Numbered from the stretch's first letter, positions 20,421-30,163 are shown. The stretch: 64,000 nt of DNA from Planctomycetota bacterium (GCA_965248575.1 CBDFJQ010000002.1:1056001-1120000); one strand, 5' to 3'. Numbers and translations are program-made. The notes: generated from the letters alone by a model not told the origin.

Positions 20421-21599
20421 ATGAATCTCGCCAGTCGCATGAGCCGCCTTGGAACCGAGACGGCCTTTGAAGTTCTTGCTCGAGCCCGTGCTCTCGAAGC
20501 CCAGGGCCGCTCGGTTGTCCATCTCGAGATCGGAGAGCCGGACTTCGAGACTCCGGCGAATGTCATCGCCGCGGGGCAGAAGGCCTTGGCGGATGGGTTC
20601 ACCCACTACGGCCCCAGCCCAGGCTTGCCGCAGTTCCGGGAAGCGATCGCGGCGGACTTCTCGGCCCGCCGCGGCTACGAGATCTCACCCGAGCAGGTGG
20701 TGGTCTTCCCAGGTGGAAAGCCCGTCATGTTCTTCATGATGTTGGCGCTGCTGGAGGAGGGCGATGAAGCCATCTACCCCAATCCGGGCTTTCCCATCTA
20801 CGAGTCCATGATCGATTACTGCGGCGCTCGCGCGGTGCCCCTCCCGCTGCGCGAAGAGAACGAGTTCAAGCTCGACGTGTCCGAGCTGGAGGGCCTCGTC
20901 ACGGACAAGACGAAGCTGCTCATCATCAACTCGCCGCAGAATCCCACGGGCGCCTTGCTGGGCACGGAGGAGATCCAGGCTGTCGCGAAGCTCTGCTCGG
21001 ACCGTGGCATCTGGCTGCTCAGCGACGAGATCTATTCGCGCATCCTCTACGAAGGTGCGCACGACACACCGCTCAAGTACGGCGACCCCTCGCGCATGGT
21101 CGTGCTGGACGGCTTCAGCAAGACGTACGCCATGACGGGCTGGCGCCTGGGCTACGGCATCATGTCGAAGGAGTTCGCGGTGCCCATGGCGCGCTTGCAG
21201 ACGAACGCCACCAGTTGCACCGCGGCCATGACCCAGATGGCGGGGCTTGAAGCGCTCACGGGCGACCAGTCCGACGTGCTGGCCATGGTGGAGGAATTCC
21301 ATCGTCGTCGCGACATCATCGTCGACGGGCTCAACGCGCTGGAGGGCATCCAGTGTCTGAAGCCCAAGGGTGCGTTCTACGTCTTCCCCAACATCCGAGG
21401 CACCGGCTTCAGCAGCAAGGAGCTCGCCACACGCCTCTTGGATGAGGCGGGGGTCGCCGCACTTTCGGGCACCTCCTTCGGCGCTCATGGTGACGGCTTC
21501 CTGCGCTTCAGCTACGCCAACTCGGTGGACAACATCCAGGAAGCCTTGAAGCGCCTCGAGTCCTTCCTCAAGTCGGCGCAACCTCAGGGACCATCCTGA
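20421..21599 (+). CDS. PLP-dependent class I/II aminotransferase (aspartate aminotransferase-like)
   Basis: IGEPDFETP, NSPQNPTG, SDEIY, GFSKTYAMTGWRLGY, GAFYVFP, LRFSYA. Confidence 0.93.
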   Translation: MNLASRMSRLGTETAFEVLARARALEAQGRSVVHLEIGEPDFETPANVIAAGQKALADGFTHYGPSPGLPQFREAIAADFSARRGYEISPEQVVVFPGGKPVMFFMMLALLEEGDEAIYPNPGFPIYESMIDYCGARAVPLPLREENEFKLDVSELEGLVTDKTKLLIINSPQNPTGALLGTEEIQAVAKLCSDRGIWLLSDEIYSRILYEGAHDTPLKYGDPSRMVVLDGFSKTYAMTGWRLGYGIMSKEFAVPMARLQTNATSCTAAMTQMAGLEALTGDQSDVLAMVEEFHRRRDIIVDGLNALEGIQCLKPKGAFYVFPNIRGTGFSSKELATRLLDEAGVAALSGTSFGAHGDGFLRFSYANSVDNIQEALKRLESFLKSAQPQGPS

Positions 21600-21629
21600 G
21601 CAGGTCCCCGCAGCGAGCGCTCGCCCGAC

Positions 21630-23363
21630 TCACAACATGCGGTAGAGCTCGACCAGGTTGCTGAGGTCGTGGTGCAGGTTCACGAGGCGCGAGAGGCGCC
21701 AGCTGGGTGAGCGCAGCCGGGCATCGGACACCTCGCCCAACGCCTGGATGGTGTAGGCCAGCACGTACGACGGTTGGCGATCGTCCTCTGCCAGGGCCAG
21801 CAAGGCGGAGAGCGTGCGCCTATCGCCCACCTGACCCAGGGCAAAGACACGCGCCGCTCGATCCACGGTGCTGGGAACCTCGCCCAGGCCGGCCGTGAGA
21901 GCGTCCAACTCGTCCCGGGCGCCCAGCAGCCCCAGCCCCAGCACGGCCAGCCGAGAGACCTCGACATCGTGGACGGTCCGCGCCAGCTCGCCGAGCCGCT
22001 CCACGAGTTCCGGAGACGTCTGACCCAGCAGCCCAGCCGCCCGGCAGAGTGCCCCCACATAGACGGGCTCGCCGCGTTTCCCGAGGTCCTTCTGCAGGAC
22101 GGGCAGGAGCCGCACGTCTCCGAGCAAGGCCAGGGACGTGACCAGGGCAGCGCGGGCGCTCGTCTCATGCTCATCCTCGAGCCGCTTGAGAAGCGGCCCG
22201 CCATTGCCGGCGTGCCCATCCAGGGCCAAGGCCATGGCGACCTGGGGTCGCAGGATCGTGTTGGCCCGCTCGAGCTGCGCCCGCAGGAATTGGCGGCTCT
22301 CGGGGCGCCTCACACGGCCCAGGGCGCGGTAGAGAGCGGCCAAGGTGGCGAGATCACTTTCGTCCTGAGCGTGGCCCAGGAGCAGCTCAAGAATGGGGCC
22401 CTCAAGGTGCGCAGCGACACCCTCCAGGCCTGCGGCCGCAGAGCGGCGCAGCTGGTTGTCCGATCCCGAGAGCATCCTCAGCAGCTCCGGAACGACCTCC
22501 GGGCGACCCGATCGCCCGAGGGCCACGGCCAGCACCGACTGAAGTCGCGCGTCCTGCTTCACGTCCCAGCTGCCGGCCAGCTTCAGCAGCGCCGCAACGG
22601 GGGCGGCCTCTCCGGCCACGCCGGCGGCATACACCACGCCCGCCTGCAGCTGGTGATCCAGCTTTTGCAACGATCGGGGCCTCAGCAAGCGCTCCAGCAG
22701 CTGCACGGCCTCAGAAGTGCCCAGCAGACCGGCTGCCACGGCGGCCGCCTGTCGAACCTCTGAGTCCTCCGTACGATCGCCCAGCACGCTCCCGAGGCGC
22801 TCGACCGAAGCTCCCGACTGGCCGAAACCCAAAGCCAGGATCCCAACCGTTCGCACGAACAGATCCTTGTCTTGGGTTCCCTTGAGGATGGTGGGCCAGG
22901 CCGATTCGAATCCCAGGCGCGACAGGGCCAGCAAGGCCGTGGCGCGCACATCCCGATTGTGGTGCTTGGTGGCTGCCATCAAGACCGGCAAGACGGTCTG
23001 ACGTCGGATCCCCGGCTGCAGCTCCTCAAAGGCCCGCACCCGTGCCGGCACAGGGCCCCGCACAGCTGACGTTGCCCCAGCCTCGGGCACACCAACCGGG
23101 GTGGAAACGAGCGCCCGCATGCGAGCCCGGCGATCGACCAACTCCTCCCGATTGAACTCGAACCACCACTCCCACCGGTCCGGCTGCACCTCCAGGAAGG
23201 GCCCATAACCGGGCTGGACCACGGGCCGGTTCAGTTGGTCGAGGGGCGTGCCCGGCTCCGGGTGGGGCGGCAGATACTGCCCGCCGTGCGGGGGGGAGAG
23301 AAGCGGGCCGAGAAGGGCTGCGGGGGGCGTTGCGAGGCAGAGCGTCAGGAGCACAGCGAACAT
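21630..23363 (-). CDS. Exported HEAT-repeat protein
   Basis: Signal-like N-terminus, HGGQY and WEWWFEFN motifs, many VR..A..ALG HEAT-like repeats. Confidence 0.8.
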   Translation of the reverse strand: MFAVLLTLCLATPPAALLGPLLSPPHGGQYLPPHPEPGTPLDQLNRPVVQPGYGPFLEVQPDRWEWWFEFNREELVDRRARMRALVSTPVGVPEAGATSAVRGPVPARVRAFEELQPGIRRQTVLPVLMAATKHHNRDVRATALLALSRLGFESAWPTILKGTQDKDLFVRTVGILALGFGQSGASVERLGSVLGDRTEDSEVRQAAAVAAGLLGTSEAVQLLERLLRPRSLQKLDHQLQAGVVYAAGVAGEAAPVAALLKLAGSWDVKQDARLQSVLAVALGRSGRPEVVPELLRMLSGSDNQLRRSAAAGLEGVAAHLEGPILELLLGHAQDESDLATLAALYRALGRVRRPESRQFLRAQLERANTILRPQVAMALALDGHAGNGGPLLKRLEDEHETSARAALVTSLALLGDVRLLPVLQKDLGKRGEPVYVGALCRAAGLLGQTSPELVERLGELARTVHDVEVSRLAVLGLGLLGARDELDALTAGLGEVPSTVDRAARVFALGQVGDRRTLSALLALAEDDRQPSYVLAYTIQALGEVSDARLRSPSWRLSRLVNLHHDLSNLVELYRML

Positions 23364-23486
23364 GTGCTGGAACCCTCGGAGATCGAGAGGCGTCGGGAGC
23401 GTGATCGACGCGCCCTGGGGCGCGGAGAGACGCGAAGCATGGCCCAGGGTAGAGACACGCCTCGCTGTGGCCTAGGATCCTATGTC

Positions 23487-24701
23487 ATGACTGCCCTCAG
23501 CTTGATGTTGCTCCTGTGCCTGGCGATGTCCCCGGTCGAAGCTCGTGTGGAAACTGCTGTAGGACCGGCCCCCCAGCCGGTCACCGAAGCGTCGCCGCTC
23601 AGCATTCCTGCCGCCGGATTCCAGGCTTCCTCCTCCCGGGAACTTCCCGGGGCCAGCTTCGCCGAGGCCACGGCAGCCGTGGTCCTGCACGCAGGACCCA
23701 GCGTCAACCACGCCGGCACCCTGAGCCTGTCTGTGGGGGCAGTGGTGCGCATGGGCTCACCCTCCAGCGGATCGTCGGAGTACGTTCCGGTCTACATCGC
23801 CAGCGGCTTCCCGGTGTATGTGCACGGCGACTTCGTGCAGGTGGACAAAGCGCGGCGGGTGGTGAGCGTGGAAGGCAGTCGGCTCAACCTGCGCCTGTTG
23901 CCAGCCACCGTCGGACTCCCGCCGGTGGGGCAGCTGGGCGAAGGCCCGCACGAGTTGCAGCTCCTGGACATCGAAGGCGAGTGGGTGCGGGTCTTGGCGC
24001 CGGTGAGTCTTCCGCTCTACGCACGCAACAAGAACCTTGAGGTGCGCACGCCTGCCCAAGCGTCCGAGCGCTGGTTCGCCGAGCTGGGCTCACGCGAGGG
24101 GCGCCGTCAAACGCAGATCGCCGCCTTCGAGGCCACGGACCCAACGCGCCTGCGGGACCGGCGCCTCGAGCAGCGCGTGCAACAGATGGCGGAGGCGACG
24201 CTCGACACTCTCAACGTAGGGCAGCTGCAGGACCGGGACCGGCAGCTCGATCAATTGGTGCGTGAAGTCCGCGCTGTTGATCGCCACGACCTCGTCGCCG
24301 AAGTGTCGGAGTTGCAGCGACAGGTCACTGCCGAAGGCGTGCGCCGGAAAGCCGCCGTCGCCGCCATGCTGGAAGCGGAGCGGGTTCGCGCACGCGAGGC
24401 CGCAAACCTGGTGCGCGAAGCCCGGGCCCTGGACTTCGGCCTGCGCTTCCTTGGAAAGGGCGAAGCCCGGACGGTGCACGGCCTGGTGACCAGGGCCAGC
24501 AGCCCCGACTCCGAGTCCGCCGTGTACAGCATCGAAGCCAAGGATGGCCGGCTCTACAAGTTGAGCGCCGCCAAGGACATCGCTGACTTGAAGGTCCTGA
24601 TCGGCAAGCGCGTCGAACTCGAAGGTCGAAGCCTGACCCTGGTCAACGTCGAGGGCCCCGTGCTGATCGTCGATTCGGTGACCCGCGTCTCCGTCCCCTG
24701 A
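23487..24701 (+). CDS. Exported protein: SH3b-like domain(s), coiled coil, C-terminal beta/OB-like domain
   Basis: Signal peptide; VEGSRLNLRLLP..GEWVRVLAP (SH3b-like); charged helical middle; DLKVLIGKRVELEG. Start 23487 or 23439. Confidence 0.65.
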   Translation: MTALSLMLLLCLAMSPVEARVETAVGPAPQPVTEASPLSIPAAGFQASSSRELPGASFAEATAAVVLHAGPSVNHAGTLSLSVGAVVRMGSPSSGSSEYVPVYIASGFPVYVHGDFVQVDKARRVVSVEGSRLNLRLLPATVGLPPVGQLGEGPHELQLLDIEGEWVRVLAPVSLPLYARNKNLEVRTPAQASERWFAELGSREGRRQTQIAAFEATDPTRLRDRRLEQRVQQMAEATLDTLNVGQLQDRDRQLDQLVREVRAVDRHDLVAEVSELQRQVTAEGVRRKAAVAAMLEAERVRAREAANLVREARALDFGLRFLGKGEARTVHGLVTRASSPDSESAVYSIEAKDGRLYKLSAAKDIADLKVLIGKRVELEGRSLTLVNVEGPVLIVDSVTRVSVP

Positions 24702-24739
24702 TCATCGCCCGGTAACCGCCTGCCCTTGACCGCCGCCCC

Positions 24740-26491
24740 GTGACTGCCGCCTTCGCCGTCGCCGCTTGCTTGCTCGCGTACGTCGTCGGCTATCGCGTCT
24801 ATTCGCGCTTCCTGGCCACGCGCATCTACGCGTTGGACCCAGACCGGCTCACGCCAGCCCACGAGTTCGCGGACGATGTGGACTACGTGCCCACGAGGCC
24901 CTCCGTCCTCTTCGGGCACCACTTCGCGTCCATCACCGGCCTGGCGCCCATGCTCGGCCCCGCGGTGGCCGTGATCTGGGGCTGGTTGCCCGCCATGATC
25001 TGGGTCGTCGTGGGGGCCCTGTTCGTCGGCTGCGTGCACGACTTCTCCGCGCTCGTGCTCTCGATCCGCAATCGGGGTCTCTCCATCGGAGCCGTCGCCG
25101 AGGACCTTCTGGGCCGGCGCGCCAAGGCCCTGTTCCACCTGGTGATCTTCTTCGGCGTGTCGCTCGCCATGGGCGTCTTCGTGCTCTACATCTCCCAGCT
25201 GTTCGGGCACGGGGCCTACCCCCAGGCGATCCTGCCCAGCGCGGGTCTGATGGTAGTGGCCATGGTGATCGGAATCCTGCTGCACCGCGGCCGCGTGCGC
25301 CTGGGCAGCTCCACAGCCGTGGGCTTCCTGCTGCTGCTGGGCCTGATCTTCGCTGCAGTGCAACTCGACACCTTCGGGTTGAGCGCCGAACAGTGGCCCG
25401 CCAGCGACAGCTTCAAATACGGTCTGCTCGTCTACGGCTTCCTGGCCTCTGTGCTCCCCGTCTGGACCCTGCTGCAGCCACGGGATTTCATCAACTCCCT
25501 GCTGCTGTACGTGGGTCTGATCGGCATGTACGCCGGCTTCTTCATGAGCGGCAAGGATTTCGCAGCACCGGCCGTGGTGCTGGAGCCGGAAGGGGCACCA
25601 CCACTCTTCCCCTTCGTCTTCATCACCATCGCCTGTGGCGCGGCCAGCGGATTTCATGCCCTCGTGTCCTCAGGAACGACCGCCAAGCAACTCTCGAACG
25701 AAACGCACGCACGACCGATTGGCTACGGCGGAATGATCGCCGAGTCCTTGCTCGGACTCCTGGCCGTCGTGGCGTGCTCGGCAGGAGCGCTGGGTGCCGA
25801 GGCCTGGTCGGGCGACGGTGCGTACGCCAGCTGGAGCAACATCAAAGGCGGTCCCGCGCTGGGCAACTTCATCCAGGGCGGCGGTTCCTTCCTGGAGCAG
25901 TTCGGCTTGAGCAGCGAACTGGCCGTGTCGTTCGTCGCCGTGATCGTGGTCTCCTTCGCACTCACCACCCTCGACTCGGCCACCCGCCTGCTGCGTTACA
26001 ACATCGAGGAGATCAGCCAGTCCGTGGGCGTGTCGCGGCTGGGCACCCGCTATCCGGCATCGCTGCTTGCCGTAGCGGCCATCTGGGTCTTCGCGTTCTA
26101 CGAAGTCACGGAGGTGAAGGCCGTGAGCGAAATCGTCCCAGACGCCAACGGCGTGCTGGTCGAAACGACGCGCATGGTGGAGACCACCCGCGAAGCGGGC
26201 ATCGCACTCTGGGGCTTGTTCGGAACGACCAACCAACTCCTGGCCGGGCTCACCCTGCTGCTGGCGACCCGTTACCTCGCGCGGCGCGGGCGACCCATCT
26301 GGTTCACGGCCGTACCGATGTTCTTCATGCTCGGCAGCACCCTGACGGCCATGCTGGCCAACATCCAGACCTACGCAGCAGGCAGCGACCGCTTGCTGCT
26401 CGTCGTGGGTTCGATGCTGCTTGCCCTGGGCCTTTGGGTCTGCCTCGAAGGCCTGTTGGCAACGCGCCGCGACAAGCTCTCGCCGCCCTGA
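24740..26491 (+). CDS. cstA: Carbon starvation protein A family transporter
   Basis: TPAH..D..DYVPT, LFGHHFASITG, VHDF, LPVW.LLQPRD, ITIACGA.SGFH, GYGGMIAES, LTTLDSATRL, FGTTNQLLA. Confidence 0.92.
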   Translation: MTAAFAVAACLLAYVVGYRVYSRFLATRIYALDPDRLTPAHEFADDVDYVPTRPSVLFGHHFASITGLAPMLGPAVAVIWGWLPAMIWVVVGALFVGCVHDFSALVLSIRNRGLSIGAVAEDLLGRRAKALFHLVIFFGVSLAMGVFVLYISQLFGHGAYPQAILPSAGLMVVAMVIGILLHRGRVRLGSSTAVGFLLLLGLIFAAVQLDTFGLSAEQWPASDSFKYGLLVYGFLASVLPVWTLLQPRDFINSLLLYVGLIGMYAGFFMSGKDFAAPAVVLEPEGAPPLFPFVFITIACGAASGFHALVSSGTTAKQLSNETHARPIGYGGMIAESLLGLLAVVACSAGALGAEAWSGDGAYASWSNIKGGPALGNFIQGGGSFLEQFGLSSELAVSFVAVIVVSFALTTLDSATRLLRYNIEEISQSVGVSRLGTRYPASLLAVAAIWVFAFYEVTEVKAVSEIVPDANGVLVETTRMVETTREAGIALWGLFGTTNQLLAGLTLLLATRYLARRGRPIWFTAVPMFFMLGSTLTAMLANIQTYAAGSDRLLLVVGSMLLALGLWVCLEGLLATRRDKLSPP

Positions 26492-26560
26492 CACCGTGGC
26501 CTCAGCCAACGCCGGGCAGGGAGTGCCGCTCTCCGACAGCTCGCACGGCCGTCGCGACCC

Positions 26561-27688
26561 TCAGTCCTTGAGGTGTGGCGAGGCCGCGAGGAAGGCGTCG
26601 TAGCGATCCTCGGCAATGGCCTCTCGCGCCTGCTCCACGAGCCGATGCAGGAAGCGCAGATTGTGAACACTGCACAGCATGCGGCCGACGGGCTCCGCAG
26701 CCTTCACGAGGTGGCGCAGCACACCGAGGCTCCAATCGGTGCACGCCTCGCAATCGCACTCAGGGTCTGCGGGCCCCGTGGCCTTTTCAAAGCGCTTGTT
26801 GCGAAGGTGGATCGTGCCGCTGGAAGTGAACAAGGTGCCGTGCCTTCCGTTGCGGGTCGGCATGACACAGTCAAAGACATCGAAGCCTGCGCCGATGGCC
26901 GTCAACACGTCCCCTGGACGGCCAACACCCATGAGGTAGCGCACCCGGCTCGCGGGCAGCAGCTGGGCGTACTTGCGCGTCGCGGCCCGCAGGTCCTGCG
27001 GACTCTCGCCCACGGACAAACCGCCCACGGCAAAGCCGTCGAAATCCAAAGCGGTCAGCTGTTGCGCCGAGAGCTCGCGCAAGCCGTCGTCCAAGCCACC
27101 CTGGACGATGGCAAACAGCGCCTGCCCCTTTTGGCTCGTCGCCCGGTGATGCTTGAGCGCTCGCGTCGCCCACTCCGTCGTCCGCCGGACGGCCGTCTCC
27201 AGCAGGTCGCGGCTCGCGGGCAGAGGCGGGCAGTGGTCGAACACCATGGCGATGTCCGAGTCCAACGCCAGCTGGATGTCGGCAGCCTCGATCGGCCCCA
27301 GCCGCAGGGTCCTGCCGTCGATGGGGGAGCGGAAGCTCACCCCCTGGTCATCCAGCTTGGCGACATCCAGCATCGAGAACACCTGGAAGCCGCCGCTGTC
27401 CGTGAGGATCGGCCCGTCCCATTGCATGAAGCGGTGCAGGCCGCCGAGTGCCGCCACAACGTCCTCGCCCGGCCTGTCGTGGAGGTGGCAGGCATTGGCC
27501 AGGATCATCTGCGAACCCGTGGCGGCCAGGCGGTCCGGGGGCACGCCCTTCACGCTGCCGTAGGTTCCCACCGGGAGGAAAGCCGGGGTCTGCATGCTGC
27601 GGCCGCGCACCGTCATGGTCGCCACCCGCGCCGCTCCGCTTTGGTGGTGCACCTCCAGGGAAAGTCCCGCTGGACTCGTCGTCTTCAA
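26561..27688 (-). CDS. tgt: tRNA-guanine(34) transglycosylase, bacterial preQ1 type
   Basis: TPAFLPVGT, TDSGGFQVFS, FDHC, IVQGG, GGLSVGE, RYLMGVG, FDCVMPTRNGRHG, CDCEAC..HN. TTG start overlaps the spoIID stop. Confidence 0.95.
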   Translation of the reverse strand: MKTTSPAGLSLEVHHQSGAARVATMTVRGRSMQTPAFLPVGTYGSVKGVPPDRLAATGSQMILANACHLHDRPGEDVVAALGGLHRFMQWDGPILTDSGGFQVFSMLDVAKLDDQGVSFRSPIDGRTLRLGPIEAADIQLALDSDIAMVFDHCPPLPASRDLLETAVRRTTEWATRALKHHRATSQKGQALFAIVQGGLDDGLRELSAQQLTALDFDGFAVGGLSVGESPQDLRAATRKYAQLLPASRVRYLMGVGRPGDVLTAIGAGFDVFDCVMPTRNGRHGTLFTSSGTIHLRNKRFEKATGPADPECDCEACTDWSLGVLRHLVKAAEPVGRMLCSVHNLRFLHRLVEQAREAIAEDRYDAFLAASPHLKD

Positions 27689-28872
27689 AGCAGCTGCACC
27701 AGTTCGGCACCGGGATAGTAGCGGGTGAGGAGGACACGGTAGCCAGCACCGCGCCGTGCGAAACCGCTGGCCCCGTACTGGCAGAGGCCCACTCCATGTC
27801 CCCAGCCGTGACCGTTGACGAGAAGATGCGTTCCGTTTGTTCCTGAGAACTCGATGCTCGGCGCCGAGGACCAGCGCGTCGAGAGCACTTGCTCCTTCCA
27901 TGACTGCCCCTTGGACACCCTGTCACGGAAGTCATGAACACGGATCTGCGCTTCCTGGCCCCCTGCGGTGACACGAATCCAACTTGGCCGGCCCGGCCAA
28001 GCCTCCAAGTCGACGGCCACCGCCTGCAAGGGAGCTTCAGGAAGACCAGCGGCCGCGCAGACCAAGGCCGCTGATACACGGCGCTGCCAACTCCAGGTGG
28101 GAGAGTGACGGCAGTCCGCACAAACGACCTCTTCATCGAGCAAACCACCGGCCGCATTGGGAAACACATCCCGTGCTCGAGCCGTCGCTCCGCCGCACGT
28201 CGATTGGAACCAGGCCGAGATCACGAGCCCCTCATGGGTGAGGACCTGCCCGGCTGTGGTCGCGATGGCCTGGCCCGACAACCAGGTCTCCACGCCCATG
28301 CCGCCATAGACCTGGCTGCGCACATCAGGATGCAACCAACCGCGCTGAGCCCCTTCCGACAGGGCGTAGCTGCGGGCGGCCACGGCCTGGGCCTTGAGTG
28401 CTTCCAGCCCGAAGCGGTCCGGCATCTCACCCGGGAGAACGCCGCGCAGGTAGTCCTCGATGGACAAGCGATTCACGACGCGCAGCGTCCCCTGCGGGGA
28501 CACTTCGATTCGCACCAACCCGCGATAGCGTTTCCCGCCCACCCGCAGTGGCGACCCATCCAACGACCGAAGCTCGTAGGGCGGGGCCTCGAGCTGGAGA
28601 TCGTTGAGCATCAACAGCCCATCCAGAAGCTGCAGCGTGCTGTCCGGATCCAGCTGCGACCCGCTCAACGGGACCGCGCCCAACTCGTGCAGCAGTTCGC
28701 AGTCGCCATCCCCACCGAGGGTCGCCGGACGGTCCGAGGGCAACGCAAGGCGGACATCGACCCAACCGGGACGCCGCTCGCCAAACGCAGGCAGATCTGG
28801 AGGCGGTCCCGGGGAGCACGACACCAGCGCACCCAGCAGGATGAGCACCGTCAGAAGCGGGTCTCGCAGCAC
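27685..28872 (-). CDS. SpoIID/LytB-domain lytic transglycosylase, probable lipoprotein
   Basis: LVSC lipobox; EDYLRGVLPGEM, EALKAQAVAARSYA, SQVYGG, STCGG, GWGHGVGLCQYGA. Confidence 0.92.
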   Translation of the reverse strand: MLRDPLLTVLILLGALVSCSPGPPPDLPAFGERRPGWVDVRLALPSDRPATLGGDGDCELLHELGAVPLSGSQLDPDSTLQLLDGLLMLNDLQLEAPPYELRSLDGSPLRVGGKRYRGLVRIEVSPQGTLRVVNRLSIEDYLRGVLPGEMPDRFGLEALKAQAVAARSYALSEGAQRGWLHPDVRSQVYGGMGVETWLSGQAIATTAGQVLTHEGLVISAWFQSTCGGATARARDVFPNAAGGLLDEEVVCADCRHSPTWSWQRRVSAALVCAAAGLPEAPLQAVAVDLEAWPGRPSWIRVTAGGQEAQIRVHDFRDRVSKGQSWKEQVLSTRWSSAPSIEFSGTNGTHLLVNGHGWGHGVGLCQYGASGFARRGAGYRVLLTRYYPGAELVQLL

Positions 28873-28878
28873 AGCGCG

Positions 28879-29916
28879 TCAGCCGTCGAAGAGCGTGCCC
28901 GGAGGATCCGAGAGCTCCAGGCCCAGATGAGCCCTGGCAGCGTCCGTCAGGATGCGACCGCGGGGGGTCCTGGACAGGAAGCCCAGTCGGATCAAATGGG
29001 GCTCGTAGACCAGCTCGAGGGTGTCCGGCTCCTCACCCACGGCCACCGACAGGGTGCCGAGCCCGGCGGGCCCACCGCCCAATCGCGCCAGGGCCCCGAG
29101 GATCCGACGATCCATGTCCTCCAGCCCCAAGGCGTCGATCCCCAGCATGGCCAAGCCGGTGTCCACCACCTGGTGGGTGATGGCGCCTTCGGAGGAGAGA
29201 TCCGCGACGTCTCGCAGCCGCCGCAACAGGCGGTTGGCGATGCGAGGCACTCCCCGGGCCCGCTCCGCCACCCGCTCGGCGGCCGCATCCGCCCATTGGC
29301 AATCGAGCCGCTTGGCTGAGCGAATCAGGATCTCCCGGATGTCCTCCGAGCTGTAGGGCACCAATTTCTCGGCGATTCCGAAGCGGGAGCGCAAGGGCTG
29401 GGTGAGCAGCCCCTCGCGGGTCGTGGCGCCCACCAGGGTGAATGGCTGGACGGAAAGACGGACCGATCGCGCCCCCGGCCCCTGGTCGATGACCACATCG
29501 ACGGCGAGATCCTCCATGGCGGCGTAGAGGTACTCCTCCACGGCCCGGGGCAAGCGATGGATCTCATCCACGAACAGCACGTCGCCTTGCTCCAGGCCGG
29601 TCAGGAGGCCCACGAGGTCGCCGGGGCGCTCAAGTGCCGGCCCGGAAGTGATTTTCAGCGGCGAACCCATCTCAGCCGCCACCAAATGCGCCAAAGTGGT
29701 CTTTCCGAGGCCTGGAGGGCCAGAAAGCAGCACATGGTCCAGGGCGCCCCCACGTCGGCGATTCGCCTCGATCCACGTCCTGAGGTTGCTCGCGACCCGC
29801 TCCTGCCCTACGAACTCCTCGAAGTTCCTGGGGCGGAGTGCGCCCTCGGCGTCGTCCCTCTCGCCCGCCATGGCCTGGAAGACACTCTTCGCCTCATGCG
29901 CCTCGTGATCCGTCAT
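28879..29916 (-). CDS. ruvB: Holliday junction branch migration ATPase
   Basis: LRPRNFEEFVGQ, GPPGLGKTTLA, TSGP, DEIHRL, GATTR, RGVPRIANRLL, EPHL..RTPRGR. Confidence 0.96.
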   Translation of the reverse strand: MTDHEAHEAKSVFQAMAGERDDAEGALRPRNFEEFVGQERVASNLRTWIEANRRRGGALDHVLLSGPPGLGKTTLAHLVAAEMGSPLKITSGPALERPGDLVGLLTGLEQGDVLFVDEIHRLPRAVEEYLYAAMEDLAVDVVIDQGPGARSVRLSVQPFTLVGATTREGLLTQPLRSRFGIAEKLVPYSSEDIREILIRSAKRLDCQWADAAAERVAERARGVPRIANRLLRRLRDVADLSSEGAITHQVVDTGLAMLGIDALGLEDMDRRILGALARLGGGPAGLGTLSVAVGEEPDTLELVYEPHLIRLGFLSRTPRGRILTDAARAHLGLELSDPPGTLFDG

Positions 29917-29922
29917 GGGGTC

Positions 29923-29928
29923 ATGGTA
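29923..29928 (-). promoter_or_regulatory. Putative -10 element of a leaderless ruvB mRNA
   Basis: TACCAT-N6-ATG(29916) on the minus strand. Confidence 0.45.
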
Positions 29929-29984
29929 CCGCCAGGTCTCCCGGATCAACACTGTCAGCCAGCCAGAGCAATACACGTCACAGC

Positions 29985-30013
29985 TTGACTCCGTAGGCCC
30001 GCCCCCTGAGAAT
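29985..30013 (+). promoter_or_regulatory. sigma70-like promoter of the giant lipoprotein gene
   Basis: TTGACT-N17-GAGAAT. Confidence 0.5.
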
Positions 30014-30163
30014 CGAACCTGATGCATCCTGTGCCCAACTGGACGAAGTCAGCTGGCCAGCAGCCAGTGTCCAGGGCCCCGAAGCAGGGTTTGGGATGTC
30101 TCAGAGGTAGGCACTCCGGTTCCCCGATCTGTCTCCGCCGTCCATAGACTGCAGGACCCTTCC

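Noticed and set aside
24766..26571. 601-aa alternative-frame ORF in cstA and many similar Arg/Pro-rich ORFs
   Set aside because: Typical stop-poor off-frames of GC-rich DNA overlapping well-supported genes
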